32,588 nucleotides of DNA, taken from Dehalococcoidia bacterium. GTDB lineage: Bacteria; Chloroflexota; Dehalococcoidia; DSTF01; JACRBR01. The stretch spans positions 1 to 32,588 of the forward strand of contig JBGQBE010000039.1 in the NCBI GenBank assembly GCA_041494685.1, given 5' to 3'. The notes below the pieces were generated by a model, which saw only the letters and a list, made by a program, of their open reading frames with translations, was not told where the DNA came from and did no database searches. Both the position numbers and the translations under genes were made by a program. Below are positions 7,820 through 18,073 of this stretch, in pieces (position 1 is the first letter of the stretch; every line of letters begins with the position of its first letter).

Positions 7820-9097
7820 ATGGCCGACTCCGCAGCCGCCCAGTCCCCCGCCGACAACCCCCTCCAGAACGCGCTCGAACAACTCGACGCCGCCGCGGAC
7901 AGGCTGGGCCTCGACGCGGGCATGCGCGACGTCCTGCGCCACTGCAAGCGCGAGTTCACCGTCAACTTCCCGGTGCATATGGACGACGGCTCCATCCGCG
8001 TCTTCACCGGCTACCGCGTGCACCACAACGAGGCGCGCGGCCCCGTGAAGGGCGGGCTCCGCTACAGCACCAACGTCACGCTCGACGAGGTGCGCGCGCT
8101 CTCCATGTGGATGACCTGGAAGTGCGCCGTCACCGGCCTGCCGTACGGCGGCGCCAAGGGCGGCGTCATCGTCGATCCGCGCGCGCTCAGCCGCCGCGAG
8201 CTCGAGCGGCTGACGCGCCGCTTCACCGCCGAGATCAGCGTGATCATCGGACCGGACGAAGACGTGCCCGCGCCCGACATGGGCACCGACGCACAGGTCA
8301 TGGCCTGGATCATGGACACGTACAGCATGATCCACGGCCACTCCACCCCCGCCGTCGTCACCGGCAAGCCCGTGACGATCGGCGGCAGCAGCGGCCGCGT
8401 CGAAGCGACGGGCCGGGGCGTCCTCTTCGTCACGCAGGCGGCCTGCCGCGAGCGCGGCGCGTCGCTCGAAGGCGCGCGCGTCGCCGTGCAGGGCTTCGGC
8501 AACGTGGGCAGCGTCGCCGCGAAGCTGATCGCGGAGGCGGGCGCCAGGGTCGTCGCCGTCAGCGACTCAAGCGGCGGTATCTACGCCGAGGCCGGGCTCG
8601 GCGACATCGGCGCCCTGGCCGCGCGCCACGCAGAGCACCGGCTCGCGGCGGAGGGGCAGCCCGGCGCCGTGCGCATCACCAACGCCGAGCTGCTCGAGCT
8701 TCCCGTGGACATCCTGGTCCCCGCCGCGCTCGAAGGGCAGATCCACGGCGGCAACGCGGCCCGGATCCGCGCGCCGATGATCATCGAGGGCGCGAACGGT
8801 CCCACGACGCCGGAGGCCGACCGCATCCTCGCGGCGAAGGGCACGTACGTCGTGCCCGACATCCTGGCGAACGCCGGCGGCGTCGTCGTCTCCTATTTCG
8901 AGTGGGTGCAGGACCTGCAGTCGTTCTTCTGGGAGGAGGACGAGGTCAACGCGCGCCTGCACCGCATCCTCGACCGTTCGTTCCAGGAAGTGGCCGCCGT
9001 CCATCGCCGCGAGGGCGGCACCATGCGCGACGCGGCCTACACCCTCGCCGTCGGCCGCGTCGTCGAAGCGACGCAGGTCCGCGGCATCTTCCCGTAG
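7820..9097 (+). CDS. gdhA: Glutamate dehydrogenase (Glu/Leu/Phe/Val dehydrogenase family)
   Basis: [50 protein letters not shown] and [27 protein letters not shown] at 7806. Confidence 0.95.
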   Translation: MADSAAAQSPADNPLQNALEQLDAAADRLGLDAGMRDVLRHCKREFTVNFPVHMDDGSIRVFTGYRVHHNEARGPVKGGLRYSTNVTLDEVRALSMWMTWKCAVTGLPYGGAKGGVIVDPRALSRRELERLTRRFTAEISVIIGPDEDVPAPDMGTDAQVMAWIMDTYSMIHGHSTPAVVTGKPVTIGGSSGRVEATGRGVLFVTQAACRERGASLEGARVAVQGFGNVGSVAAKLIAEAGARVVAVSDSSGGIYAEAGLGDIGALAARHAEHRLAAEGQPGAVRITNAELLELPVDILVPAALEGQIHGGNAARIRAPMIIEGANGPTTPEADRILAAKGTYVVPDILANAGGVVVSYFEWVQDLQSFFWEEDEVNARLHRILDRSFQEVAAVHRREGGTMRDAAYTLAVGRVVEATQVRGIFP

Positions 9098-9131
9098 TTA
9101 GCGGTTAGCTGTTCGCGGTTAGCCGCTGGCA
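9097..9131 (+). repeat. Degenerate heptamer array (GTTAGCN)x5
   Basis: gttagcg gttagct gttcgcg gttagcc gctggca, starting at the gdhA stop codon. Confidence 0.6.
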
Positions 9132-9183
9132 GCATGCGGAAGAGTCCCCCGATCTCCGTGGCGTCGGGAACGCCCGCCCGTCC

Positions 9184-10812
9184 CTACGGCCCCTCGATCG
9201 GCACCCCGCCCCGCTTCGCCAGCGGCGGCAGTTCGTACGCGTAGAACTCCGTCTTCCCATCGCGCTCGACGATCCGCTCGGTGCCGCCCGGGAACGCGCT
9301 CTCGATGTCCGGCAGCAGCGCCAGGTAGTCGCCCAGCAGCACGTACGCCACGGGATGCCGCCGGTCCGGCGCGTCGATCGAGCCGTTGTAGGTGCTGAAC
9401 TCCCGCGAGCGGTCAATGCCGCGCACGTCGGGCGCCAGGAACTGCCGCGTCTCCAGGCTGATCGGCGCGCGGTCGTCGTAGAAGTAGATCACCGTGTCCG
9501 CGGGCAGGTCGCGCATGTAGACGCTGGCCGACGTCATCTCCGAGTAGTAGATCAGGCGCGGCCAGTCGTCCTTCCGGAACCTCCAGAAGTAGTCGCGTAC
9601 GGTGATGCTCGTGATCAAGGCGAGCGCCGCGCACGCTAGTATCGCCGCCACGTTCGCGAGCGGATGCGCCGGCCGCTTCGCCGCCGCGCGCCACGCCGCC
9701 GCCAGCGGCAGGGCCGCGATGAACATCACGAACGGGGCGGCGCCCACGGGTTGACGCATGATCGATTCACGCTGCGGTATCGCCGGCAGCGGTATGACCA
9801 GCACGCAGCACAGCGCCGCGATCACCATCGGCTCCCGTCGCATGCGGACCGCCATCGCGGCGCCGAGCGCCAGCAGCACCAGCGTGACCGGGTCGAACAT
9901 TGGGCGCAGGCCGTTGCCGTCGATCGAGTCGTGGTGGCTCGTCGTGGTGTACGCGCGGGCGAACGTGCGTGCCTGGTCGGCCAGGATCCGCGCCTTGCCC
10001 CAGAGATCCGCCTGGTGGAACTCGGCCGTCCGCGTCACGTTGACCTCCGAGTAGTTGCTGATGTGGCTCCAGGCGTAGGCGTGCGGGTTGGCGAGGTAGA
10101 TCAGCATCGGCGCGGCGACCACCAGCGCGGCGGCGCCGGTGCGCAGCATGCAGCCCCGCCACCACCGCCACTCGTCGCCGCGGTACCGCGCCCACGTCAT
10201 GATCGCCAGGAACGCCAGCACCGCGACCACCGCGATCGGGTAGATGTTGTACGTGTAGGCGCCCAGTCCCAGCAGCGCCCCCGCCGCCACGAACCAGCGC
10301 CGCCGCCGCGTGCGCATCCCCAGCATCAGGCACAGCAGCACGGCCAGCAGCACCGTGCCGTACGAGATCGACCAGTGCGCCACGCGGCTGTAGAACAGGT
10401 GCCAGTACGACACGGCCAGCAGCGCCGAAGCGAAGAACGCCTCGGCGCGGCGGAACGACACGCGCACCAGCAGGTACAGCAGCGGCACCGCCGCCAGTCC
10501 GACGAGCGCCAGCGGCAGCCGCAGCGCAAAGGCGCTGTTGCCCAGCAGCCAGATCGAAGGCGCCGCCAGGTACGCGTGGCCGGCGGGTTGCCCCAGCGCC
10601 GCGTGCGTATACACGCCGAGAACGTCGCCATGCAGGATCCGCTGCGCGTCCGTGCCGACCTGCGCCTCGTCGCTGTGGACGCCGTACGGGATGCCGCCCA
10701 GCAGCGCCAGTCGCAGCACGCCCGCGGCCGCCGTAACCAGCGCCAGCAGCGACAGGTCCAGCGCGACCGGATGCTCCGCGTAGTAGCGCCGCACCCGCCG
10801 CCCCGTCGTCAT
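9184..10812 (-). CDS. ArnT/GT39-like membrane glycosyltransferase
   Basis: GVHSDEA after TM1, FALRLPLAL, LLAVSYWHLFYSR and GLGAYTY motifs. The start overlaps the upstream stop (TGATG). Confidence 0.85.
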   Translation of the reverse strand: MTTGRRVRRYYAEHPVALDLSLLALVTAAAGVLRLALLGGIPYGVHSDEAQVGTDAQRILHGDVLGVYTHAALGQPAGHAYLAAPSIWLLGNSAFALRLPLALVGLAAVPLLYLLVRVSFRRAEAFFASALLAVSYWHLFYSRVAHWSISYGTVLLAVLLCLMLGMRTRRRRWFVAAGALLGLGAYTYNIYPIAVVAVLAFLAIMTWARYRGDEWRWWRGCMLRTGAAALVVAAPMLIYLANPHAYAWSHISNYSEVNVTRTAEFHQADLWGKARILADQARTFARAYTTTSHHDSIDGNGLRPMFDPVTLVLLALGAAMAVRMRREPMVIAALCCVLVIPLPAIPQRESIMRQPVGAAPFVMFIAALPLAAAWRAAAKRPAHPLANVAAILACAALALITSITVRDYFWRFRKDDWPRLIYYSEMTSASVYMRDLPADTVIYFYDDRAPISLETRQFLAPDVRGIDRSREFSTYNGSIDAPDRRHPVAYVLLGDYLALLPDIESAFPGGTERIVERDGKTEFYAYELPPLAKRGGVPIEGP

Positions 10813-11246
10813 CACAGCTCGAATGTCAGCCGCACGCGAGCGCCGCGTGACGCCGCCCACTCCGCCATCCGCCGCAGGTCGTCCAGCCGCGCCCGCAGGT
10901 CCGGCGCGTCCGCCGTCAGCTCGGCGATGCGCGCATCGCCGGCGTCCAGCGCACCGCAGACGGCACGCACGGTCGCGGCGAGCGGCGCCGCCTCCTGCCA
11001 GACGCGGTCCAGCTCCACCTGGTCCGCCGCCTCCTCGACGTCGCGGTCCGCGAACGTCAGCAGCGGCTTCAGGTCGATGCCGTACTCGAAGCCGCGCAGC
11101 AGCAGCGCCAGCTGCGAGAACGGGTGGATCGAGCCATACCGCGTGGAGTAGGCCAGCGAGAGGAAGTACACCAGCACGTCGCTCGCCCCGCCGAACTCGA
11201 TGCGGCAGGCTTCACCGCCGTCAGTCTCGAAGTACAGGCGTGGCAC
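10812..11246 (-). CDS. Hypothetical protein (144 aa)
   Basis: GTG 11246 is preceded by TACCAT plus 6 nt. Host-like codon usage. Translationally coupled to the downstream glycosyltransferase. Confidence 0.7.
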   Translation of the reverse strand: MPRLYFETDGGEACRIEFGGASDVLVYFLSLAYSTRYGSIHPFSQLALLLRGFEYGIDLKPLLTFADRDVEEAADQVELDRVWQEAAPLAATVRAVCGALDAGDARIAELTADAPDLRARLDDLRRMAEWAASRGARVRLTFEL

Positions 11247-11313
11247 GGCCCAATGGTAGCAGCGTGCCGCGATGACCGTCGTAGCGCCAGGTGGTGCCCC
11301 TGGTCGCAACGCA

Positions 11314-11399
11314 CGTGGCACAGCCGGGGACGGCTGTGCGTCCGGCGCGGCGCGTGGCACAGCCGGGGACGGCTGTGCGTCCGGCGCGGCGCGTGGCAC
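11314..11399. repeat. Tandem 39-bp REP-like palindromic units (2 full copies plus an 8-bp partial)
   Basis: CGTGGCACAGCCGGGGACGGCTGTGCGTCCGGCGCGGCG at 11314-11352 and 11353-11391. Each copy has a 9-bp stem GCACAGCCG/CGGCTGTGC with a GGGA loop. Confidence 0.85.
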
Positions 11400-11435
11400 G
11401 TGCGGGGGCGGGAGATGGATCGGCGCCGCTCGCCG

Positions 11436-12512
11436 TTACGCGGCGGGGCGGAAGGGCGCCACCGAGACGCGCGCCTTGCCGGCCTGCTTGGCGCGCCCCA
11501 GCGCATCGTCCGCGTCCCGCACCGCCGCGTCGAGCGAAGGCGCCGTCACCGGGTAGACGCTGACGCCGGCGCTCATCCGCACACCCGTGTGCTCGGCGAT
11601 GTGCTGCAGGCTGCGCTGGGCCATCGTGACCGCGTCGTCCAGCGAGTCCACGTGCGCCAGCACCACCAACTCGTCGCCGCCGTAACGCGCGACGGTGTCC
11701 GCGTCGCGGAACGTCTCCTGGAGCTGCTGCGCGACCCGCACCAGCACGCCGTCCGCGCTGACGTGGCCGTGCTTGTCGTTCAGCGCCTTGAAGTTGTCGA
11801 TGTCGTACATCAGCACCGCCAGCGGACGCGTGTCCGCGGCGGCGTGCGCGTCCAGCACCTCGCGGAAGCGCCGGCGGTTGTCCAGACCCGTGAGCGGGTC
11901 CGTCATCGATGCCTGGCGCACCAGCTCGCGCAGCTTGCGGTTGCTGGTGGAGATCATGTCCGAGTTCAGCGCCGTGAACACGGCCATGGCCGTGACGATC
12001 ATGTCCATCTGCCACATGACGGTGCCGCGGTCCAGCACGGCCGCCCCCGCCACGCCGCACCAGAACACCGCGATGCACCACAGCGAGAATGCCACCAGGT
12101 AGCGCGTCGTGTGCAGCATGGACAGCGAAGAGATGATCAACAGGTACCCGACCCAGATCGGGTAGTCAGGCCGCGCCACGGCGATCGTTGCGAGCATGAC
12201 GAAGAACGTGTCGCAGAAGGGCGTCACGTTCACCTGGAGGCGTCCGATGCCGCGCCAGCAGAACAGGCCGTACACGCCGACCGCGTAGACCTCCAGCGTC
12301 CAGGCGCTGGCGATCCACCAGGTGTGCGACATCGGCAGCACGCCTGCCGGGATCAGCAGCAGGTAGCAGGTCGTGATGATCACCCGCAGCCGCAACTGGC
12401 TGTCCCAGTACCCCGGGGCCGCCGCGTCGCTGGCGCGCTCGCGCGGGGCGTGGTCGTGCGGCCGCTGACCGGTGGTTGCCGGCGAAGTCCACCTGCGGAG
12501 ATGCTTCAACAT
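11436..12512 (-). CDS. Membrane-anchored diguanylate cyclase (GGDEF domain, GGDEL variant)
   Basis: TDPLTGLDNRR, DIDNFKALNDKHGH, RDAD I-site, RYGGDEL and SAGVS, with N-terminal TM helices. Confidence 0.9.
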   Translation of the reverse strand: MLKHLRRWTSPATTGQRPHDHAPRERASDAAAPGYWDSQLRLRVIITTCYLLLIPAGVLPMSHTWWIASAWTLEVYAVGVYGLFCWRGIGRLQVNVTPFCDTFFVMLATIAVARPDYPIWVGYLLIISSLSMLHTTRYLVAFSLWCIAVFWCGVAGAAVLDRGTVMWQMDMIVTAMAVFTALNSDMISTSNRKLRELVRQASMTDPLTGLDNRRRFREVLDAHAAADTRPLAVLMYDIDNFKALNDKHGHVSADGVLVRVAQQLQETFRDADTVARYGGDELVVLAHVDSLDDAVTMAQRSLQHIAEHTGVRMSAGVSVYPVTAPSLDAAVRDADDALGRAKQAGKARVSVAPFRPAA

Positions 12513-12699
12513 GAACGCGTGCTTGCCGCCTTCCGTCGCCCCGGGCGAGGTCCTGCTACTGGACAGTGTCGGCTCCGCGGTAAGGCGGTTTGAGAGCCGA
12601 GCGTGGCAGGAGTCGGGGAAATCATGCGGCGGCCCGCGGGTTGTCGCAGGTTATACTGGTGTAATCCCACCTCTCCTACAACGCGAAAGGAACCCCGCT

Positions 12700-13977
12700 T
12701 TGCCCATCGAATGGCAAGTTTCGAATCTGGACAACGGCCTGCGCGTCGTCACGACGCCGGTGCCTACCGCACAGTCGGTGAGCGTAAACCTCTTCGTCGG
12801 CATCGGCTCGCGCGGCGAGGACCGCCGCACGAACGGCCTCTCGCACTACATGGAGCACATGCTCTTCAAGGGCACGCCGCGCCGCGCCGACGCCATCATC
12901 ATCGCCGAGGCGATCGAGGGCGCCGGCGGCGTGCTGAACGCCTACACGTCGAAAGAGCTCACCTGCTACTGGAACCAGGTGCCGTTCGACCGCCTGCCGC
13001 TGGCGATGGACGTGCTGGCCGACATGTTCCGCAACTCCGTCCTCGCGCAGGAGGAGATCGACCGCGAGCGCACCGTCGTCCAGCAGGAGATCCGCCGCTC
13101 CTTCGACCAGCCCGGCGCCTGGGCGTCGGAGCTGCTTTCCCGCGCGACCTTCGGCGACCAGCCCGTCGGCTGGCCGATCGCCGGCACGATCGAGACCGTC
13201 GGCGCGATGATGCGCGACGACTTCGTGCGCCACGTCGAGACCTACTACGTGCCGTCCAACACCGTGCTCAGCGTCGCGGGCAACTGTACGCACGAAGAGG
13301 TGCTCCGGCACGCCGAGGCGCTCTTCGGCGACCTGCCGGCCCGCGCCGCGCCCGCCTCGCCGCCCGCCGGCGCGGCGTTCGCGCCCGAGCGCGTCGTCGT
13401 GGAGACGCGCGAGATCGCCCAGTGCAACATGGGCATCTCCCTGCACGCGCTGCCGCGCAACGACCCCGACCGCTACCCGCTGATGGTGCTGAATACCGTC
13501 CTCGGCCGCGGCATGAGTTCGCGCCTCTTCAAGGAAGTGCGCGAGCGACGCGGCCTCGCGTACAGCGTCGGCTCCGGCGTGTCCCGCTACAACGACGTGG
13601 GCGCGATGAGCGTCAGCGCCGGCGTCACGCTCGAGCACCTCGAAGAGGCGACGCGGGTGATCGTCGCCGAGCTGCTGCGGCTCACGACCGAGCCGGTCTC
13701 CGAGGAGGAGACCACGAAGGCGCGCGACTTCTCGACCGGCAACTTCCGCCTCGGCCTGGAGTCCACCATGGCGCTGGCGCAGCGTGCCGGCGAGCAGCTG
13801 CTGATGACCGGCGAGATCGAGCCGATCGAGGACGTCGTCTCCGCCATCGCGGCCGTCACGCCCGCCGCCGTCCAAAGCGTGGCGCAGCGGCTCTTCCGGC
13901 CGGGCGCCTTCGCGATGGCCGTCGTCGGCCCCGGCGGCGACGCCGAACGCCTGCGCGAGATCCTGGCCGCCGCGTAG
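12700..13977 (+). CDS. M16-family zinc peptidase (pitrilysin-like)
   Basis: HYMEH inverted zinc motif, LNAYTSKE and GMSSRLFKEVRERRGLAYSV. TTG start after AAAGGA. TATACT -10 at 12652-12657. Confidence 0.93.
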   Translation: MPIEWQVSNLDNGLRVVTTPVPTAQSVSVNLFVGIGSRGEDRRTNGLSHYMEHMLFKGTPRRADAIIIAEAIEGAGGVLNAYTSKELTCYWNQVPFDRLPLAMDVLADMFRNSVLAQEEIDRERTVVQQEIRRSFDQPGAWASELLSRATFGDQPVGWPIAGTIETVGAMMRDDFVRHVETYYVPSNTVLSVAGNCTHEEVLRHAEALFGDLPARAAPASPPAGAAFAPERVVVETREIAQCNMGISLHALPRNDPDRYPLMVLNTVLGRGMSSRLFKEVRERRGLAYSVGSGVSRYNDVGAMSVSAGVTLEHLEEATRVIVAELLRLTTEPVSEEETTKARDFSTGNFRLGLESTMALAQRAGEQLLMTGEIEPIEDVVSAIAAVTPAAVQSVAQRLFRPGAFAMAVVGPGGDAERLREILAAA

Positions 13978-14049
13978 CTGCTTCCAGCGCAAGAACCGGA
14001 TAGATGCGCCGCCCCCGCGGCCGTTAGCATCGACTCCGGAGGTGCGACA

Positions 14050-15132
14050 ATGATCGCGATGGTCACGACAGAAGCGGACGAGACTGCGACCGACGACGAG
14101 CGCTGGCTGGCGGTGCAGCGGCGCGACGCCGCGTACGACGGCGCGTTCGTCACGGCGGTGCGCACCACCGGCATCTACTGCCGCCCGTCGTGTCCCGCCC
14201 GCACGCCCAAACGCGAGAACGTCCGCTTCTACGCCACGCCCGACGGCGCCGAGCGCGCCGGCTTCCGCGCCTGCCGCCGCTGCCACCCCCGCGATCCCGC
14301 CAGCGCCGAGGTGGCGCTGGCCGAGCGCGTCTGTGCGCTGCTGCGCGCTGCCGGCCCCGAGATCCCGGCGCTGGCCGAGCTGGGGCACGCCGTCGGCGTC
14401 AGCCCGTTCCACCTGCAGCGCACCTTCAAGCGCGTGATGGGCGTCTCACCGCGGCAGTACGCCGCCGCCCAGCGCACCCAGCGCCTGAAGAAGGGGCTGC
14501 GCCGCACCGGCACCGTCACGCGCGCCCTCTACGACGCCGGCTTCGGCTCCAGCAGCCGGCTCTACGAGAACGCGCCGGACCTGCTCGGCATGACGCCCGC
14601 GGCGTACCGCGACCACGGCCGGGGCATGCGCATCGCCTACACCATCGTCGATTCGCCCTTCGGCCGGCTGCTCGCCGCCGGCACGGAGCGCGGCATCGCC
14701 TCCGTCGCGCTGCACGACAACGAAGCCGCGCTGCTCGACGCCATGCGCGGCGAGTACGCCGCCGCCGAGATCGTGCGCGACGACGCGGCCGCCGCGCCCT
14801 GGGCGGCGATCGTGCTGGAGACGCTGCGGGACGGCGGCATCCCCGCCGACCTGCCGCTGGACGTGCGCGTGACGGCGTTCCAGGCGCGCGTCTACGCGGC
14901 CCTGCGCCAGATCCCGGCCGGCGAGACCCGCTCGTACACCGACGTCGCCCGTGCCATCGGCGCGCCGAAGGCCGTGCGCGCCGTCGCCCGCGCCTGCGCC
15001 ACGAACCCTACGCCGATCGTCGTGCCCTGCCACCGCGTCGTGCACAAGGACGGCAACGTCAGCGGCTTCCGCTGGGGGTCCGACCGCAAGCGCGCGATCC
15101 TCGCGGCCGAGCGCGCCGCAAAGAAGGACTGA
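14050..15132 (+). CDS. ada: Bifunctional Ada transcriptional regulator / O6-methylguanine-DNA methyltransferase
   Basis: TTGIYCRPSCPAR...GFRACRRC zinc domain, AraC HTH (SPFHLQRTFK, AGFGSSSRLY) and the PCHRV active site. Confidence 0.95.
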   Translation: MIAMVTTEADETATDDERWLAVQRRDAAYDGAFVTAVRTTGIYCRPSCPARTPKRENVRFYATPDGAERAGFRACRRCHPRDPASAEVALAERVCALLRAAGPEIPALAELGHAVGVSPFHLQRTFKRVMGVSPRQYAAAQRTQRLKKGLRRTGTVTRALYDAGFGSSSRLYENAPDLLGMTPAAYRDHGRGMRIAYTIVDSPFGRLLAAGTERGIASVALHDNEAALLDAMRGEYAAAEIVRDDAAAAPWAAIVLETLRDGGIPADLPLDVRVTAFQARVYAALRQIPAGETRSYTDVARAIGAPKAVRAVARACATNPTPIVVPCHRVVHKDGNVSGFRWGSDRKRAILAAERAAKKD

Positions 15133-15135
15133 CGG

Positions 15136-15216
15136 CAACAGACAACAGACAACAGACAACAGACAACAGACAACAGACAGCAGGTCGGCTCCTTCTGTTG
15201 TTTGCTGTTTGCTGTC
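15136..15216. repeat. (CAACAGA)x6 heptamer array followed by degenerate inverted copies
   Basis: Six perfect units at 15136-15177. TCTGTTG TTTGCTG TTTGCTG TC at about 15194-15216 can fold back onto them. Confidence 0.9.
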
Positions 15217-15235
15217 TTCCGGCTATGCTCTGCGG

Positions 15236-15718
15236 ATGGAGCGCCACTTCACCGTCTCCGGCTTCCTCGTCGACGGCCCGCGCACGATGCTGCACTGGCA
15301 CAAGAAGCTGCAGCTATGGCTGCCGCCCGGCGGCCACGTCGACCCGGACGAGGATCCCGTGCAGGCCGTCGTCCGCGAGGTGCGCGAGGAGACGGGCATC
15401 GCCGCGGAGGTGATCCCCCACGGCCCGCTGCTGCCGTTCGCTGAGCCGCCGCAGATCCCGCCGCCGCTCGCGATCATCGTCGCCGATGTACCGCAGGGGC
15501 CGCACCAGCACATCGACATGTCGTACGCGCTGCGGCCCATCGCCGGCGTGCCGCCCACGGCGCCCGACGGCGACCACGGCTTCGTCTGGGTGACGGAGGA
15601 TCAGCTCCGCCGCAACGAGCCGCTCCCCGTCGCCGCCTGCGGCGTCGACCTGCCCGTCAACGAGGATGTCCGCGTCATCGCCCTCCACGCCATCGCCCTC
15701 GCCCGCAAGTCGCCCTGA
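15236..15718 (+). CDS. NUDIX hydrolase
   Basis: WLPPGGHVDPDEDPVQAVVREVREETGI Nudix box and HQHIDMSY. ATG is preceded by TATGCT plus 6 nt. Confidence 0.92.
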   Translation: MERHFTVSGFLVDGPRTMLHWHKKLQLWLPPGGHVDPDEDPVQAVVREVREETGIAAEVIPHGPLLPFAEPPQIPPPLAIIVADVPQGPHQHIDMSYALRPIAGVPPTAPDGDHGFVWVTEDQLRRNEPLPVAACGVDLPVNEDVRVIALHAIALARKSP

Positions 15719-15778
15719 GCTCCCAACGAGGAACTACCCAACTACCGGCTGAGAACGCCCCACTGGTACCCTGCCCCC

Positions 15779-17050
15779 GTGCTGAGCATCCAGTTCATCC
15801 GCGAACAGCCCGACGCCGTCCGCAAGTCGCTCGCCGACCGGCAGACGCCCGGGCCCCTCGACGAGATCCTCGCGCTCGACGTGCGCCGCCGCGACCTCCT
15901 CTCCGAGATCGAGCGGCTGCGCGCGGAGCAGAACGCCGCCGGCAAGAAGATCGGCGCGGCGAACGACCCGGCCGAGCGCCAGCGGATGATCGACGAGATG
16001 AAGGGCGTGGCGTCGCGCGTCGATGAGATCGCGCCATCACTGCGCGAGGTCGAAGAGCAACTCGACGCGCTCGTCATGGAGATCCCGAACATCCCCGACG
16101 CCGCCACGCCCTACGGCGAGAGCGAAGAGCAGAACACTGTCGCGAAGCAGAGCGGCGAGGAGTACACCGACGCCTGGCGGAAGCCGCACTGGGAGCTGGG
16201 CGAGGCGCTGGACATCATCGACTTCGAGCGCGGCGTCAAGCTCTCGGGCAGCCGCTTCTACGTGCTGAAGGGCGCCGGCGCGCGACTGCAGCGCGCGCTC
16301 ATCGCCTTCATGCTCGAGCTGCACATCGACAAGCACGGCTACACCGAGATGTATCTGCCGGCGATGGTGAAGGAAGAGACGATGTGGCACTCCGGCCAGT
16401 TGCCGAAGTTCCGCGACAACCTCTACCACGACGCCGAGGAGGACTTCTGGTTCGTCCCGACGGCGGAGGTGCCGCTCACCAACCTGCACGGCGGCGAGAT
16501 CCTCGAGGCCGGCGCGCTGCCCAGGCACTACGTCGCCTATACCCCCTGCTTCCGCCGCGAGAAGATGAGCGCCGGCCGCGACGTCCGCGGCATCAAGCGC
16601 GGCCACCAGTTCGACAAGGTCGAGATGTACAAGTTCTGCGAGCCGGAACGCTCCGGCGAGGAGCTGGAGCGCATGCTCGAGGACGCGCTCGACGTCTGCC
16701 GCGCGCTGGGCTTCCGCTACCGCGTGATGGAGATCTGCACCGGCGACCTCGGCTTCAACGCCGCCCGCACCTACGACGTCGAGGTCTGGTCGCCCGGCGT
16801 CGGCGAGTGGTTGGAGATCTCCTCCGTCAGCAACTGCACCGACTTCCAGGCGCGCCGCGCCAACATCCGCTTCCGCCGCGAGCCCGGCGGCCGGCCGGAG
16901 TTCGTCCACACGCTCAACGGCTCCGGCCTCGCCCTCCCCCGCACGATGATCGCCGTCATCGAGAACTACCAGCAGCCCGACGGCAGCATCGACGTGCCCG
17001 AAGCCCTCCGCAAGTTCATGGGCGGCGCGACGGCCATCCGCAGCTCTTGA
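15779..17050 (+). CDS. serS: Serine--tRNA ligase
   Basis: N-terminal coiled coil, GVKLSGSRFY, PTAEVPLTN, PCFRRE, RGHQFDKVEM, EISSVSNCTDFQARR and HTLNGSGLA. Confidence 0.97.
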   Translation: MLSIQFIREQPDAVRKSLADRQTPGPLDEILALDVRRRDLLSEIERLRAEQNAAGKKIGAANDPAERQRMIDEMKGVASRVDEIAPSLREVEEQLDALVMEIPNIPDAATPYGESEEQNTVAKQSGEEYTDAWRKPHWELGEALDIIDFERGVKLSGSRFYVLKGAGARLQRALIAFMLELHIDKHGYTEMYLPAMVKEETMWHSGQLPKFRDNLYHDAEEDFWFVPTAEVPLTNLHGGEILEAGALPRHYVAYTPCFRREKMSAGRDVRGIKRGHQFDKVEMYKFCEPERSGEELERMLEDALDVCRALGFRYRVMEICTGDLGFNAARTYDVEVWSPGVGEWLEISSVSNCTDFQARRANIRFRREPGGRPEFVHTLNGSGLALPRTMIAVIENYQQPDGSIDVPEALRKFMGGATAIRSS

Positions 17051-17162
17051 TGCGCGCGCGCTGACCGGCGCACATTCCGCCGGCGCGCGATTCACCCAGA
17101 TATGCCCACCTCTGCGCCCGGTGTTCTTGTACCCGCACGGGCACCCCCGGATAATGCACCGC

Positions 17163-17621
17163 ATGACAGCCCACGCCCCCACGCTTCCCGTGGCACACGG
17201 CCCTTCGGCGCCGCTCGCCGAGCGCTGGCTGTTGCTCGGCGCGCCGCTGGTCGCCGTGCTCGCCGGTCTCAGCGCGGAGTGGCTCGACTTTCGCGCACTA
17301 CGCATGCCCCTGCTGCTGATGGTCGGTTTCGGCGTGCTGGCCACCGCCTACGTCCTCTCTGGCACGCGGGCAGGCCCGCGCCCCTTCGCTACGACCGTGC
17401 TCGTCGGCGCGGCGACCTGGGCCGCCGCCGAGGCGCTGTACTGCGTCCTTCACGTCGCGCTCGGGCATCGCTTCCACGCGGACGTGTTCGGCTCGTCGCA
17501 GCCCGTGCAGGCCGTCGGCCTCATCGCCGCGCACGGCCTCTTCCTCGGTGCGCCCACCGGCGTCGCCGCGGCGCTGATGCTGCACGCGCCGTCGTGGCGC
17601 CGCCGCCGCCGGGGCCGCTGA
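17163..17621 (+). CDS. Hypothetical membrane protein
   Basis: Four hydrophobic segments. Its stop overlaps the next start (TGATG). Confidence 0.65.
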   Translation: MTAHAPTLPVAHGPSAPLAERWLLLGAPLVAVLAGLSAEWLDFRALRMPLLLMVGFGVLATAYVLSGTRAGPRPFATTVLVGAATWAAAEALYCVLHVALGHRFHADVFGSSQPVQAVGLIAAHGLFLGAPTGVAAALMLHAPSWRRRRRGR

Positions 17622-18073
17622 TGGACCACGGCGACGAGCCCCAGCTGCCGCTGACGCCGCGGAAAAAGGCCATGCTCGCCGTTGGCGGGCTGATGTTCGT
17701 CGTGCAGGTGCTGGCCGCGTTCGCCCTTGCTCCTGCCACCACCGGCAGCGGCAACGCCGACGCCGGACTGCTGGCGCTCATCTGGTGCGGCTGCGTCCTC
17801 TGGTCCGTGCCGGCGACGCTGCTGATCGTCCGTCAGGCCGACCTGCCCGACATCGCCACGTCCGCCTTCATCGTCACGATCAGCGCCTTCGCGGCCTTCG
17901 CGCTCTCCGGCGCGTTCCACGTCCGCGGCACGTCCGAGGAGGTGGATCTGGTCGATACGCTGTTCCTGGGCGTCACCACCGGCGCACTGACCGCCCTGCT
18001 GGTGTGGGGCATCGCGATGGGCGCAGCGCGCCTGCTCCGCCTGCCGACGACGGAGGCGCTGCGTGCGAAGTGA
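17621..18073 (+). CDS. Hypothetical membrane protein
   Basis: MDHGDEPQLPL... with four hydrophobic segments. Overlaps both neighbours, suggesting an operon. Confidence 0.65.
   Translation: MDHGDEPQLPLTPRKKAMLAVGGLMFVVQVLAAFALAPATTGSGNADAGLLALIWCGCVLWSVPATLLIVRQADLPDIATSAFIVTISAFAAFALSGAFHVRGTSEEVDLVDTLFLGVTTGALTALLVWGIAMGAARLLRLPTTEALRAK

Noticed and set aside
11314..11399. Possible mini CRISPR array
   Set aside because: The units are directly tandem and identical, with no unique spacers, and there are no cas genes in the window.
11436..12512. Degenerate GGDEF, or the source of the riboswitch ligand
   Set aside because: The catalytic GGDE and the upstream DIDNFK are intact. GGDEF domains make c-di-GMP, not c-di-AMP, and no diadenylate cyclase is in the window.
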